NCBI GenBank assembly: GCA_951406725.2
Contig: OX597822.1
Coordinates: 23,932,001 to 23,996,000, forward strand
Length of the DNA: 64,000 nucleotides
Source: Octopus vulgaris
Taxonomy: Eukaryota
Direction of reading: 5' to 3'
Below the pieces are notes generated by a model, which worked only from the letters and a program-made list of their open reading frames with translations, had not been told where the DNA came from and searched no databases. The position numbers and the translations under genes were made by a program. Position 1 is the first letter of the stretch; each line of letters opens with the position of its first letter. Below, in pieces: positions 52,332 through 64,000 of the stretch.

Positions 52332-52381
52332 ATATTATTATACCCACTACAGAAATAATTCTGTAGTGGGTATAATAATAT
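52332..52381. repeat. Perfect 23-bp hairpin
   Basis: atattattatacccactacagaa-ataa-ttctgtagtgggtataataatat. Confidence 0.9.
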
Positions 52382-52572
52382 GTGGAAATTGACGATTTAA
52401 AAGTCTGTTATCAGCATATTGGCATAGAATTAATTTTCTTTTGACCTTGTTTATAATTTTAACCTATAAAGATATTTCAATATGCTGCCACATTTTTTTG
52501 ATGAAATTTTTTTCTGTAAAAAAACTTCATCCTATATTAGTAGTAGATTTATTATATATATATGTATATATC

Positions 52573-52616
<44 letters not shown>

Positions 52617-54697
52617 GTATGAGAAGACCCCTTTTGGTCATGAATGACCCTCCCCTCTCCACACCACTCATGATATCCAAGGGAAAGGCAAAGGCCAATA
52701 CAGCTTGGCACCAGTGACATCTCAGCTCATTTCTACAGCTGAGTTAACTCAAGCAACATGAGATACAGTGTTTTGCTCAAGAACACAACATGCAGCCCAG
52801 TCTGGGAATCAAATTCATAACCTTATGATCATAAGCTCAACGTTTAAACTACTGAGCCATGCACCTTCATATTTTACATATATATATGTAGTATATTATA
52901 TGCATATGTATATATCATATCTTTTATCTTTTACTAGTTACAGTCATTAGACTGCAACCATCATGCTGGAGCACCACCTTGAGCAATTTTAGTCAAGTAA
53001 ATTGCTGCCAGTACTTTTTTTCTTTTAAAAGCCTGGTACTTACTTTATTGGTCAATTCTGTTCAACTGCTAAGGATGGGAATGTAAACACACTAACACCA
53101 GTTGTCAAACAGTGGTGTGGGACAAACACAAAGTTACCTGCACACACACATATTATATATATGTGTATGTATGTATTTATATAAATATATACAATGGGCT
53201 TCTTTCAGTTTCCATCTACCAAATCCACTCACAAGGCTTTGGTTGGCCTGAGGCTATAGAAGACACTTGCCCATGGTGCCACACAGGACTAAACTTGGAA
53301 ATATGTTCATGTTTCATTATCTACCTTGCCTAAGGTTCGTTATCCACTACAGGAATTTCTTTATCCTCTATAGGCATATACATGCTACAGGTGCTTCCTT
53401 GGAAGTGTTTCATTAAATGTCTTCAGTTATTTCTCTATATCCAACAGGTATTTCATTATTATTACCTGCAGCTGTTGTTCAGGGTCTTTTTCAGTGCTGT
53501 CAGTGCCACAGGATCTGCCTATCTCATATGGGCCTTCTCAGCCATGACCATTCCCATGAGAAAGAATACTGGAGACAAAGGAGGAATAATGTCTTGGATT
53601 GATGTTTCCATCACCTTTGACAAGCTGTCATAAGCACATTAGACAGAATTTGAATGCTAAAGGGTTAATTATCTATGTACAGGTGTTTCATTGTATATCA
53701 CCTGGATATAACATTTTAATAGACATTCATCACTTCACTCCAAATCCCAATAGCTTATGGGAGAAAAAGGTACACTATAATCTCTAGCAACCTATCCAGG
53801 GGTGAGCAGTTTACATCTAATCCTTGTCTATTTTTATACCACAAAGCTATATTAGTCAATTGTACACATCTAGGAAATACAACAGCAACAATAACAACAA
53901 CAAAAATAAAATTGTAGTAGAAAAACAATAAAAGATGAAGAAAAAATTAATAATGTTCTTTATCATTCATTAGTCTTCAGTCATCTTGTAACAGGTATCA
54001 CAATGAAATATTAATTAATACTACAATGACCAGGACACAAACTCCAACTTCACTCTCACCACTTATATATATAACACATACACACTAACACATGGTCACC
54101 AGAAAATAACAGCCTAATCTCCCTTAAATTGCATCCACATGTTTGCACAGGCGAATAAGGGAGCCTCTACAAGGTTGCCAAAAAATAAGCAGCCAAATCC
54201 CCACCAAATCCCCCCCACCCCCCACACACACATGGATACATATTTCTGTTTTAGAAAATGATATGGTGGGTATTGTAAGCCCAGGTTTTGTGAGACTGTC
54301 ATGGCAGGAATGCCTCTGATCACATGTTTGCTTAATCAGAGCTCACCTGACATCTAACAACCACACACACACGTTCATGTGTACACACACATACATGCAC
54401 ACATTGACACACACACACACACAGACACCCATACATGCATGCATGCACACACACACTGACACATACACACAAGCACACATGACAGAAGATATACTTTGAA
54501 GTTAATAATCAGGATGTTAGCAACCTGTTTTTCCTGTACAAAACAAAAAACCAAATTTTCTTGCAGCCACATACACCTCCCTTCATCACACCAGACAATG
54601 CTGCAAGTCAATACAGAAATCTCTTGGTATTCAGTCATCTTGCTAGAAATAGCAACAAAATCTCCCTCAAATTACACAGCTCAGTAGACTTAGAAAA

Positions 54698-54728
<31 letters not shown>

Positions 54729-54796
54729 CGCACATGTGCACATTCACATGCATACACACACATACACACAGGTAGTGGTATGTCTGAGTCCCCATT

Positions 54797-54941
54797 ACGC
54801 CGAGGTCGATTTTGCCTTTCATCCTTTCGGGGTCGATTAAATAAGTACCAGTTACGCACTGGGGTCGATATAATCGACTTAATCTGTGTTTCTGTCCTTG
54901 TTTGTCCTCTGTGTTAGCCCCTTGTGGGTAGTAAAGAAATA
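54797..54941 (+). mobile_element. 5'-truncated young SINE family B copy with TSD
   Basis: ggtatgtctgagt(c/t)ccc on both flanks (about 54777 and 54942). Confidence 0.8.
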
Positions 54942-55893
54942 GGTATGTCTGAGTTCCCAACCTCATGGTTCGTTTCTTCTATTATAGACTCAGGCTGACC
55001 AAAACTTTGTGAGAGTATTTGGTAGGCAGAAACTCTGTGAGTGTGTGTGTTTGTCCCCTACTGCTTGACAACTGGTGTTGGTCTGTTTACATCCCCATAA
55101 CTTTGCAGTTCAGCAAAAGAGACCAACAGATTAAGTACCAAACTTAGAACCCAAAAAACAGGCACTGAGGCTGATTCATTCAACTAAAATTCTTCATGCT
55201 GGTGCCCCAGCATGGCCACAATCTAATGACTGAAACAAATGAAAGATAAAAATTATATATATATGTAGGCATAGGCATGGCTGTGTTTAGGTGCAGGCGT
55301 AGCTGTGTGGTTAAGAAGCTTGCTTCATAACCACATTGTTCTAGGTTCAGTCCCACTGCATGGCACGTTGGGCAAGTCTCTTCTACTATAGCCTTGCGCT
55401 GCCCAAAGCCTTGTGAGTGGATTTGGTAGATGGAAACTGAAAGAAGCCCATCTTGTGTATATGTATGTGTTTGTGTGTCTGTGTTTTTTCCCCGCCGCAT
55501 CATTTCTTGACAACTGATGTTGGTGTATTTATGTCCTTGTAACTTAGTGGTTCAGCAAAAAAGACCAATAGAATAAGTACTAGGCCTACAAAGAATAAGT
55601 CCTGTGGTCAATTTCTTTGACTAAAGGCGATGCTCCAGCATAGCCACAGTCAAATGACTGAAGCAAATAAAAGAAGATATATATATATATATATATAAGC
55701 ATATATATTATATATAATATATGTATATATGTTTAAGGCGGTGCTCCAGCATAGCCACAGTCAAATGACTGAAGCAAATAAAAGAAGATATATATAAGCT
55801 TATATATTATATATAATATATGTATATATGTTTAAGGCGGTGCTCCAGCATGGCCAGTCAAATGACTGAAACAAGTAATAAAAGTGTATATAG

Positions 55894-55932
<39 letters not shown>

Positions 55933-56435
55933 TAGATAGATAGATAGATAGATAAATATGTAAGTATGTATATATGTTTGAATAATATTGTGGTGGTCAT
56001 GACTGGACTGCCTTTCATCATAGGGATCTGCTCAGTTGGAGTTGACCTGGTGCTACAACAATAACAACGGCAACAACATACAGCTGCATGTTACATCAGA
56101 TTTCATCATGTGTGAAAGTATAGCATGTCAGTCTTTCTCCTATACCCCATACCTACCTACCACCACTACCACTACCACCACCACCACCACCACCACCACC
56201 ACCACACCACCACCACCACCACCACCACCACTCCCCCACAACCTCCACTATCACAATGCAAACTTCCCACTGCTATGCAACATGGTGCATGGTGACCAGC
56301 GGTGTCATCAGGTGACTGCTGCACTACCTGATCACCATAGCAACTCAGCCAACTCCCTAAGTCTAGTCCAGTCTGGCCCAGTCCAGTTGGACATACTTAC
56401 ATCATCCTACCAACCTTGACCCCACCCTCTTCTCT

Positions 56436-56469
<34 letters not shown>

Positions 56470-57486
56470 GGAATAGAGGAGTTGTTATAGTGACGGTGAA
56501 AAACTATCTCTCAATGATTACCACCACCACCACCACCACCACCATCAACACTTCCAAGATCACCATCGCCACAACTACCACCACTATCACCACAACCATT
56601 GTACCATTAAGACTACTAGTGCCATCACTGCTACTTTTACTAGCAGTGCTGCCACCACCACCATCACCTTCACCACAACAACAACACCACATACTAGTGG
56701 TACCACTGCTACCAAAGCTATTATCACTACTACCACAACTGCCACTGCCATTACTACAACCACTCCTACTAGTGCCTTCACTACAACTATTACAAGTGTT
56801 ACTGCTGTGGCATCATCATCACCACCACCACCACCATTATTAACACTGTTAGTATCACTAGTTCCATAATTACGAGCATCATCAACCACTACTACCACCA
56901 AAACTGTTACCACTACTACCACAACTACTATAACCATTACTACTGGTGCCATCACTATCACTATTTCTAGTGCTACTACCACCAACACTACAACTTGTGA
57001 CACCACCATTAGTACATTTGTTACCACTACCACTATTGTTACTACTACCAGTACCACCGCCACTATCACACCTTCCTCTCCCTGTTCTTAAACTTGGTAA
57101 CCAAGCAACCAGCAAGACTACAAGACAACATCCTTACTCTGCCACTTATTACAACTTCACCTTTTGTTTTTCACCTACCCACCTACCTCCTTACCTACCT
57201 ATCTACCTACCTACCTACCTACTTGCCCACCTACCTATCTACTGCAGTACCACATCAAGGTAGATTTGAACAGGTAGCTGCCACACCTGTTTGAGACAAT
57301 TCCTACACAACACCACCACCATCACCACCACCACTACCAGGGCCATCACCATCGCCACCACTGTCAGCAGTACAACACCGCCAACACCATCATGGCAATA
57401 TTATCAATAATTATAATAATGCTAATGAAGAATGAGCAACTTATTAATACAGAACCATTGCTATATATATTTATTTTATAATACAA

Positions 57487-57630
57487 AAGGTGAACTATAG
57501 CGTCGCTGTTTAGTTACATGTTTCCAACAGACCAATTATCGGTTTCCTGCATTTCTGATGATAAGGGGGGAAAAGGGTCACTGGTTCCCTGAATATCTAA
57601 CGACAAGAGTGACAGAGGATTGTCTACCTT
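57487..57630. repeat. About 144-bp dispersed repeat, copy 1 (copy 2 at 58160-58304)
   Basis: Colinear diverged copies; possible short TIRs aaggtgaac / gtctacctt. Confidence 0.75.
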
Positions 57631-59514
57631 GGTGTGACAAATACCAATGCAGGCACAGTTCCCTCTGAGTCATGTATGAGCTTGCATGCAGACATGCATT
57701 TTGCACTCAGTGCACACAGGGAACTAATATGCACCCAAGAAAATAGAAATTGATGTGTGCATAAAAAGTTAGGTACCTGAAACAATGCATTAATTAATTA
57801 AGCAAATCAAATATAAAAACAAAATCAAGTACAAAAACACAACAAAAGTCCATGGGATGTTCACAGTTAATATTCCTCCGCAATCCCTCTACACTCACGG
57901 AGTGGTTAGCGTTAGGAAGGGCATCCAGCTGTAGAATCACTGCCAGATCAGACTGGAGCCTGGTGCAGCCCCTGGCTTCCCAGACCCCGGTCGAACTGTC
58001 CAACCCATGCTAGCATGGAAAACGGACTTTAAACGATGATGATGATGATGATGAAAGACAAAAGGCAAAGCTGACCTCTGCAGAATTTGAACTCAGAATG
58101 GAAAGACAGATGAAATTCTGCTAAGCATTTTGCATGGTGCACATTACTTTATTATGTAAATGGTGAGCTATAGTGCCCTTGTTTAGTTACACGTTTCCAA
58201 CAGACCAATCATTGGTTTCCTGCATTTCAGATGTAAAAGGGTGAAAAAGGGTCACTGATTCCTTGTGTATCTAATGACGAGAGTGACAGAAGATTGTCTA
58301 CCTTCTTCATAGTTAGGTGCATGTCTCAGTGGTTAGAGCATTGGGCTCACAATCATGAGGTAGTGAGTTCGATTCTTGGACCAGGCTGTAAGTTGTGTTC
58401 TTCAGCAAACATTTTATTTCCAAGTTCACTCATCTGTAGAAATGAGTTGTGATATCACTGATGCCAAGCTGTATTGGCCTTTGCCTTTCTCTTGGATAAC
58501 ATCAGTGGAGTGGAGAGGGGAGATTGATATGTATGGACGACTGAAGCAACCTTGACTGGACTTGTGCCTCGGAGGGGAACTTTCTAGGTGCAACGCCATG
58601 GCCATTCATGACCAAAAGGCGGGGGGAGGGGGGGTCTTTAACCTTTATTATTCACAGTTAATGTTATTAAGCCGATTGCATATCATTCATTAGCAATGAT
58701 TTCAAAATCAGAAGCTTTGAAGAATGTCAACAATATTGTAATAGTTTGTCATTATGACTCGAAGTTTGATTTGTTTTGAAACAAAATATTTTTAAGGCAA
58801 CAAGCTGGCAGAATCTTTACCACACAGCATTTTGTCCCATCTTTACATTTTGAGTTTAAAATCTATTGACGTTGACTTTGTCTTTTATCCTTTCAGGGTT
58901 GATAAAAATATGTGCAAGTTGAACACTGGGGTTGATATAATCAACTTATTCTCTCCCTGTAAATTATTGGCGTTATGCAAAAATTTGAAATCAATATTCA
59001 TCCATAACAAAGTCGACCTCAGCTGAATTTGAACTCAGACAAAATTCTGGAATTCCACTGAGTATTTTACCTGGCATGCTAATGAGTCTGCGAGGGAGCT
59101 GCCTTAAACACCAGATTAATAATGACAAAGATATTTTAATAGATTTTCCATTACTTTAAAAATAAACAAAGGCAAATATGGTACCATATTTCTCTTGAAA
59201 TATGGTACCAGAATTTTAAATAATAACACTTGTCATCATTTATATCTCAGAAAAATCATTCAAGTGTCAAGGCATCAACAGGTTTCAGTCCCCAAAGAGT
59301 TAAGATTTTATTTTAAGGTTTTGTTTGTTTTTTTTTCCTTAGTTTTCTTTTTTTATTTATTTCCCTACTGATGTAAAGATTTATTCAACTGTTGATGTAG
59401 TATTTCCGATTGTTTACAGACATATCACTTTTGATGAAGATTACGATGGTTACCAACCTTGACTGCATTCTCTTGAGATTAAGCCAACATATATATATAC
59501 ATATATGATGATGA

Positions 59515-59549
<35 letters not shown>

Positions 59550-62500
59550 TAGATAGATAGATAGATACATGTATAAACTTGTATTTAACTTTAAAACTGG
59601 GCTTATCTCAATGAAAAAGGGCAAAATGAAACAAAAATAAATGAGTGTGTGCATATGTATTTATGTACATGCATGTGTGTGTGTGTATATATATATGTGT
59701 GTGTGTGTATACATGTGTGTGTGTGTGTATACATATATATGTAATATATAAATTTAGATTTGTACATACATATATATATATATAGACATACACTCACACA
59801 CACACACATACATATATATATACAGATTTATATATATATAATGTGTGTATATACATGTATGTGTAATGTACAAATATAGATTTATATATATGTGTTTATA
59901 TATACTTATATATAATATATATATATACTTATATATAATGTGCAAGCATGCATGTGTGTGTGTGTGTGTGTGTGTATTACTGAGAAGGAGACAAGTCCTG
60001 AAATCACATGTTTCAACTGATAAATATAATGAGTTTGGAGAAAAACAATTAATGAGAGATAGAGACAGAGATGCCATCACCACAGGATTTGTATCTGAAC
60101 TTCATCTGGAACAATGCCAAATCTAAGAAGGAAATACTCAGAAGCTTAATCACTTTATCAGTACACAAAGTTATTTTGTATACTCGTGTGTGTGTGTGTG
60201 TGTGTGTGTGAACTAGGAGGTACGGCAGTAGAGTTGTTAGGGTTTGTGTTTCTAGGCCAATGAGATAAGGCCCATTATTACCTCATTTATATCAAGGAGT
60301 TTGTATGACGAGCTAACGAGAGAGGGAGAGAGTGAGGGAAGAGAGAGAGAGAGAGGAGAGAGTGAGGGAAGAGAGAGAGAGAGATGAGAGAGTGAGGGAA
60401 AAGAGAGAGAGAGAGAGCTGCCTTTATGCACTTACTCAATCAGCTAGAAATAGCAGACAAGTCCCTCTCAAAAATCACCCCTCCTATGATCTTAGAAAAA
60501 AGGAAGGACATTGGAATCATGTAGTCTTAACTGGCACTGTTGGTTATGATGATGAGGCTTCCAGTTGATGTGATCAACAGAACAGCCTGCTCATGAAATT
60601 ATAGTGCAAGTGGTTGAGTGCTCCACAGACATGTGTGTCCGTAATGTATTTTCCAGGGAAATTCAGCATGTCACAGCAGAATGTGACAAGGTTAGCCCTT
60701 TTGAAATACAGATACAATTCATTTTCGCCAGCTGAGTGGACTGGAACATCATCCTCATTTAACATCCACCTTCCATGCTGGCATGGATCAGATGGTTTGA
60801 CAGAAGCTGACCAAGTAGGAGCCTGCACCAGACTTCTGTGTCTGTTTTGGAATGGTTTTTACACCTGGATGCCCTTCCTAACACCCAACCACCCAGCAGA
60901 GTAGACTCAGTGCTTTTTACATGGCACCAGCACACGTGAGGTTAGTTTTGGCATGGTTTTTACAGCTGTATGCCCTTCTGAACACCAGCCACTTTACAAT
61001 ATGGATTGGATGCTTTTGAATTGCACCAACACTGGCAGGGTCACCAAGAAATAACTTGCAAGACATAGATCTTTGATAGGAGAAGGGGCATTTGAGGAGG
61101 GGATCTTATGTCTGATAATGAAAAATTCAAATGTGACAGACAGAGATGCAAAAACATGTGTCTTGATATAGAGGAATGTAAAATAAAGTTTCTTGCTCAA
61201 GGAAAAACACACTGCCAGGAATTGAACTCATGACCATGAGCCAAATACCCTAACCACTAAGCCATATGCCTTCACCCATTATGAAGTCTTAGATACACAT
61301 TAGCATCATCATCTTTGTCATTGTTTTAACATTTTAACAACCACTGTTCTAAACTTCGCATGGGTAAGATGTAGCTTGTTGAAGCAGATTTTTTTATGGT
61401 TGGATGCCCTTCCTGTCACCAACCCTTACTTGTTTCTGTACAAGATAATATTTCCCCATGATTGAGATTGCTTTTATGTTCCTATGGCCCTATTAGAGTC
61501 AGTTCCTTTGATCATTTTCAGAACTTGTAATATTTGTGAAAAGAAGGGCAGAAATCTTTAAGAAAGAGGGTTAGTTTACATTACTCCATAACAAGAATAT
61601 AGCTGGTTTCCCAGTTTCTCCGGCTTATATATATTCCTCCCTGGATGGGACACTAGTCCGTCACTGGATTACTCATTTTTACAAATTGAGTGGACTGGAG
61701 CAGTATGAAATGAAGAGTTTTGCTCAAGAACACAACACAGTGCCCGGTACAGGAATGGAAACCACAATCTTATAATCATGAGCCCAACACTCTAACCACT
61801 GAGCTATGCACCTCCACTTTAAGCAAAAAGACTTAACAACATTAAGATCTCTGATTGTAATGAGTGAATAATTTTCAGTTCATTTAAATAATGAGTTTTA
61901 GGATCCTTGATTATAATAAATAGCTTCCATTGTCTATAATAGTATCATAGTAATGAAACAAAATGGTAACACTGCAGTTCATTTTTCTCTTTTCCATTCT
62001 CTTTTCTGTCTGATATTTATTCCAAATGAGAATTTATCATGTCAAAACAGATGGGAACAATATCTTGGAATGGAGTTTGGTTTCAGACACGAAATAAAGA
62101 ATACAACAGAATGATAATGATTGGTTATGTGTAGAGATGCTGACATTAAAAATTTGGTACGTCGTAACTTTGTAGCTTAACTGAAAATTAGTGTCCGAAG
62201 TAAACAGAAAGAATATCCGGGACTGAAACTAATTACATCGTTTGATAATTACTTGGAGATCGTTTCACTTGATTTTGTACACAAGAACACATAAGCATAA
62301 ATGATAAACATACACACCGATGTATAAGTATATATGTAATAATAATAATAATAATAATACATACACACACACACATATATATATATATGTACACAGAAAT
62401 ACACATACACACACACATATACTTATGTGATTATGTAAATCTACAGATATACAAATACATATACACATTGTTGTATACACCTTTCCACTTACACAGATAA

Positions 62501-62974
62501 CACACATTCATTCATAGAGACACACACATACACATAGAAACATACACACATACATGTGTACATTTATGTACAAATATTCATTCATATATATATATTCACA
62601 CAAATACATACATATGCAAACATACACACATACACGCACAACCAGGCACAAAAATACAGACATATAGAAACATATATTCATTCATGCATACTCATGTACC
62701 TACACATATATGCACATACTTGCACACATACACACAGACAACTAATCACACATAAATACACAGATTACACACAGACAAAACACACATACACACACACACT
62801 GATTTAGACAAGCAAAAAGATGGAAACATACACGTAGACATACACACGTATATAGACAAACATATATTCATTCAAATATAAGCATATATAAATACACACA
62901 CATACATACATACACACATACAGACGTGAACTAGACACACACATACACAAACATACATTCATTCATTCATACTC

Positions 62975-63005
<31 letters not shown>

Positions 63006-63385
63006 CATATATCTGCAAGCACACACACATACACTCACACACAGACAATCAAACACACATACACACACACAAACTGATGCAGACAAACAAATAGATGTAT
63101 ATAGACTCATATACATTGTCACACGTATCCTCACACATACACACAGAGACAAACATTCATTCATATACATGTATATGCAAATATATCCACACACACACAC
63201 ACACACACTGATGCAGACAAACCTAGAGAAGCAACAGATTCACAGCTATTTAACAACTCAACAAGAACACTGGTTGGTTTAGCAACAACCAGTCTTTTCG
63301 TCCTGTAGAATCGGTAAAGGAAGGCCACTGTTGCATAACATCCCACGTTGGGTGGTTGCCATAAGCCATACATAATGAGGCTTAC

Positions 63386-63405
63386 CAATGTCAGACTGCT
63401 TAGCA
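63386..63405 (-). CDS. Candidate 20-nt exon (AKQSDI)
   Basis: tctttag| 20 nt |gtaagc; strong donor, ambiguous acceptor. Confidence 0.3.
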
Positions 63406-63639
63406 CTAAAGACTTCCAGCAATGAAGATTAACAGGAAAACAATACAACACCACCAACAACAATAATACCATCAATGACATCAATGAAGAAGCTTCTATG
63501 TGGTCATTCAGTCTGTTAGAGATCATAGTTAAACCTCCCTCATATTAAACTCTATGGAAGGTTATAGTAGGCAGAGTAATAAGGTAATTCACTGCTGTGT
63601 AACTGAAAAAAATACAAGATAAAGGATGAAGTAGTCATG

Positions 63640-63890
63640 GCTGGCTAGCTGGAATACTATTCTGCAGAGACCTGAATAAGTGGAAATCTGAAGGAGCAAA
63701 ATCTGGTGAATATGGAAGGTGCTACCCCATCTGATCAATACTACATTGATCTGATGGGGTAGCACTGACTGAGGAGACAAAATGAGGTTGAAACACCGGC
63801 ATCTCAAAGTCTCCTTACACCAATGAATTGTGTGTTGTGAATGCATATTGTCTAAAGGGTGGAGGTGTTCACTGGTGATGAGAAACAATA
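63640..63890 (-). mobile_element. mariner transposase catalytic-domain fragment
   Basis: Minus strand encodes PYSPDFAPSDFHLFRSLQNS (mariner YSPDLAPSD motif); otherwise degenerate. Confidence 0.8.
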
Positions 63891-64000
63891 GCAATCAGAT
63901 ATTTACATGTGAATCTGCAAGAACATATTAAGCATGAATGATCATCATCATTATCATTTACCGTCTGTTGTTGACGCTGGCATGGGTCGGATGATTTGAC

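Noticed and set aside
53340-53633. Coding-like unique segment
   Set aside because: Stops in the plausible frames; possibly a decayed TE but unidentifiable.
57556-57580. CTGATGA...GAAA
   Set aside because: The intervening taagggg cannot form stem II, and the motif is absent from the second copy.
59979-60015. ctgagaa-ggagacaagtcct-gaaa hammerhead-like string
   Set aside because: Core mismatch and no convincing stem I or stem III.
7-63206. Numerous ORFs rich in YI, HT, CV, poly-M/V/I/S/H
   Set aside because: Translations of (TA)n, (CA)n, (GAT)n and (GGT)n microsatellites.

Overview
Eukaryotic, very AT-rich DNA saturated with microsatellites. The SINE families and the (TA)n/(CA)n/(AAT)n/(GAT)n load look like an octopus-type cephalopod genome (inference), probably the interior of large introns of a minus-strand gene. 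No complete protein-coding gene is visible, and almost all ORFs in the track are microsatellite artefacts. Recognisable content: a decayed histone H3 copy, Tc1/mariner/maT transposase fragments, TA-, TTAA- and 8-bp-TSD MITEs, a Helentron-type element, RTE and R4/Dong-like LINE 3' ends, dozens of SINE copies from about six families, and a few candidate small exons on the minus strand, including a 9-nt microexon. The main unexplained signal is a set of short non-coding elements embedded in (TA)n runs. They carry minimal type I hammerhead ribozyme motifs with a palindromic stem III, of the kind found in Penelope-like elements. Cores are canonical CUGAUGA or recurrent non-canonical CCGACGA and CUGUCGA. 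The elements are often arranged as head-to-head fold-backs, and one fold-back encloses the H3 pseudogene. All folds were read by eye; nothing was computed or searched.
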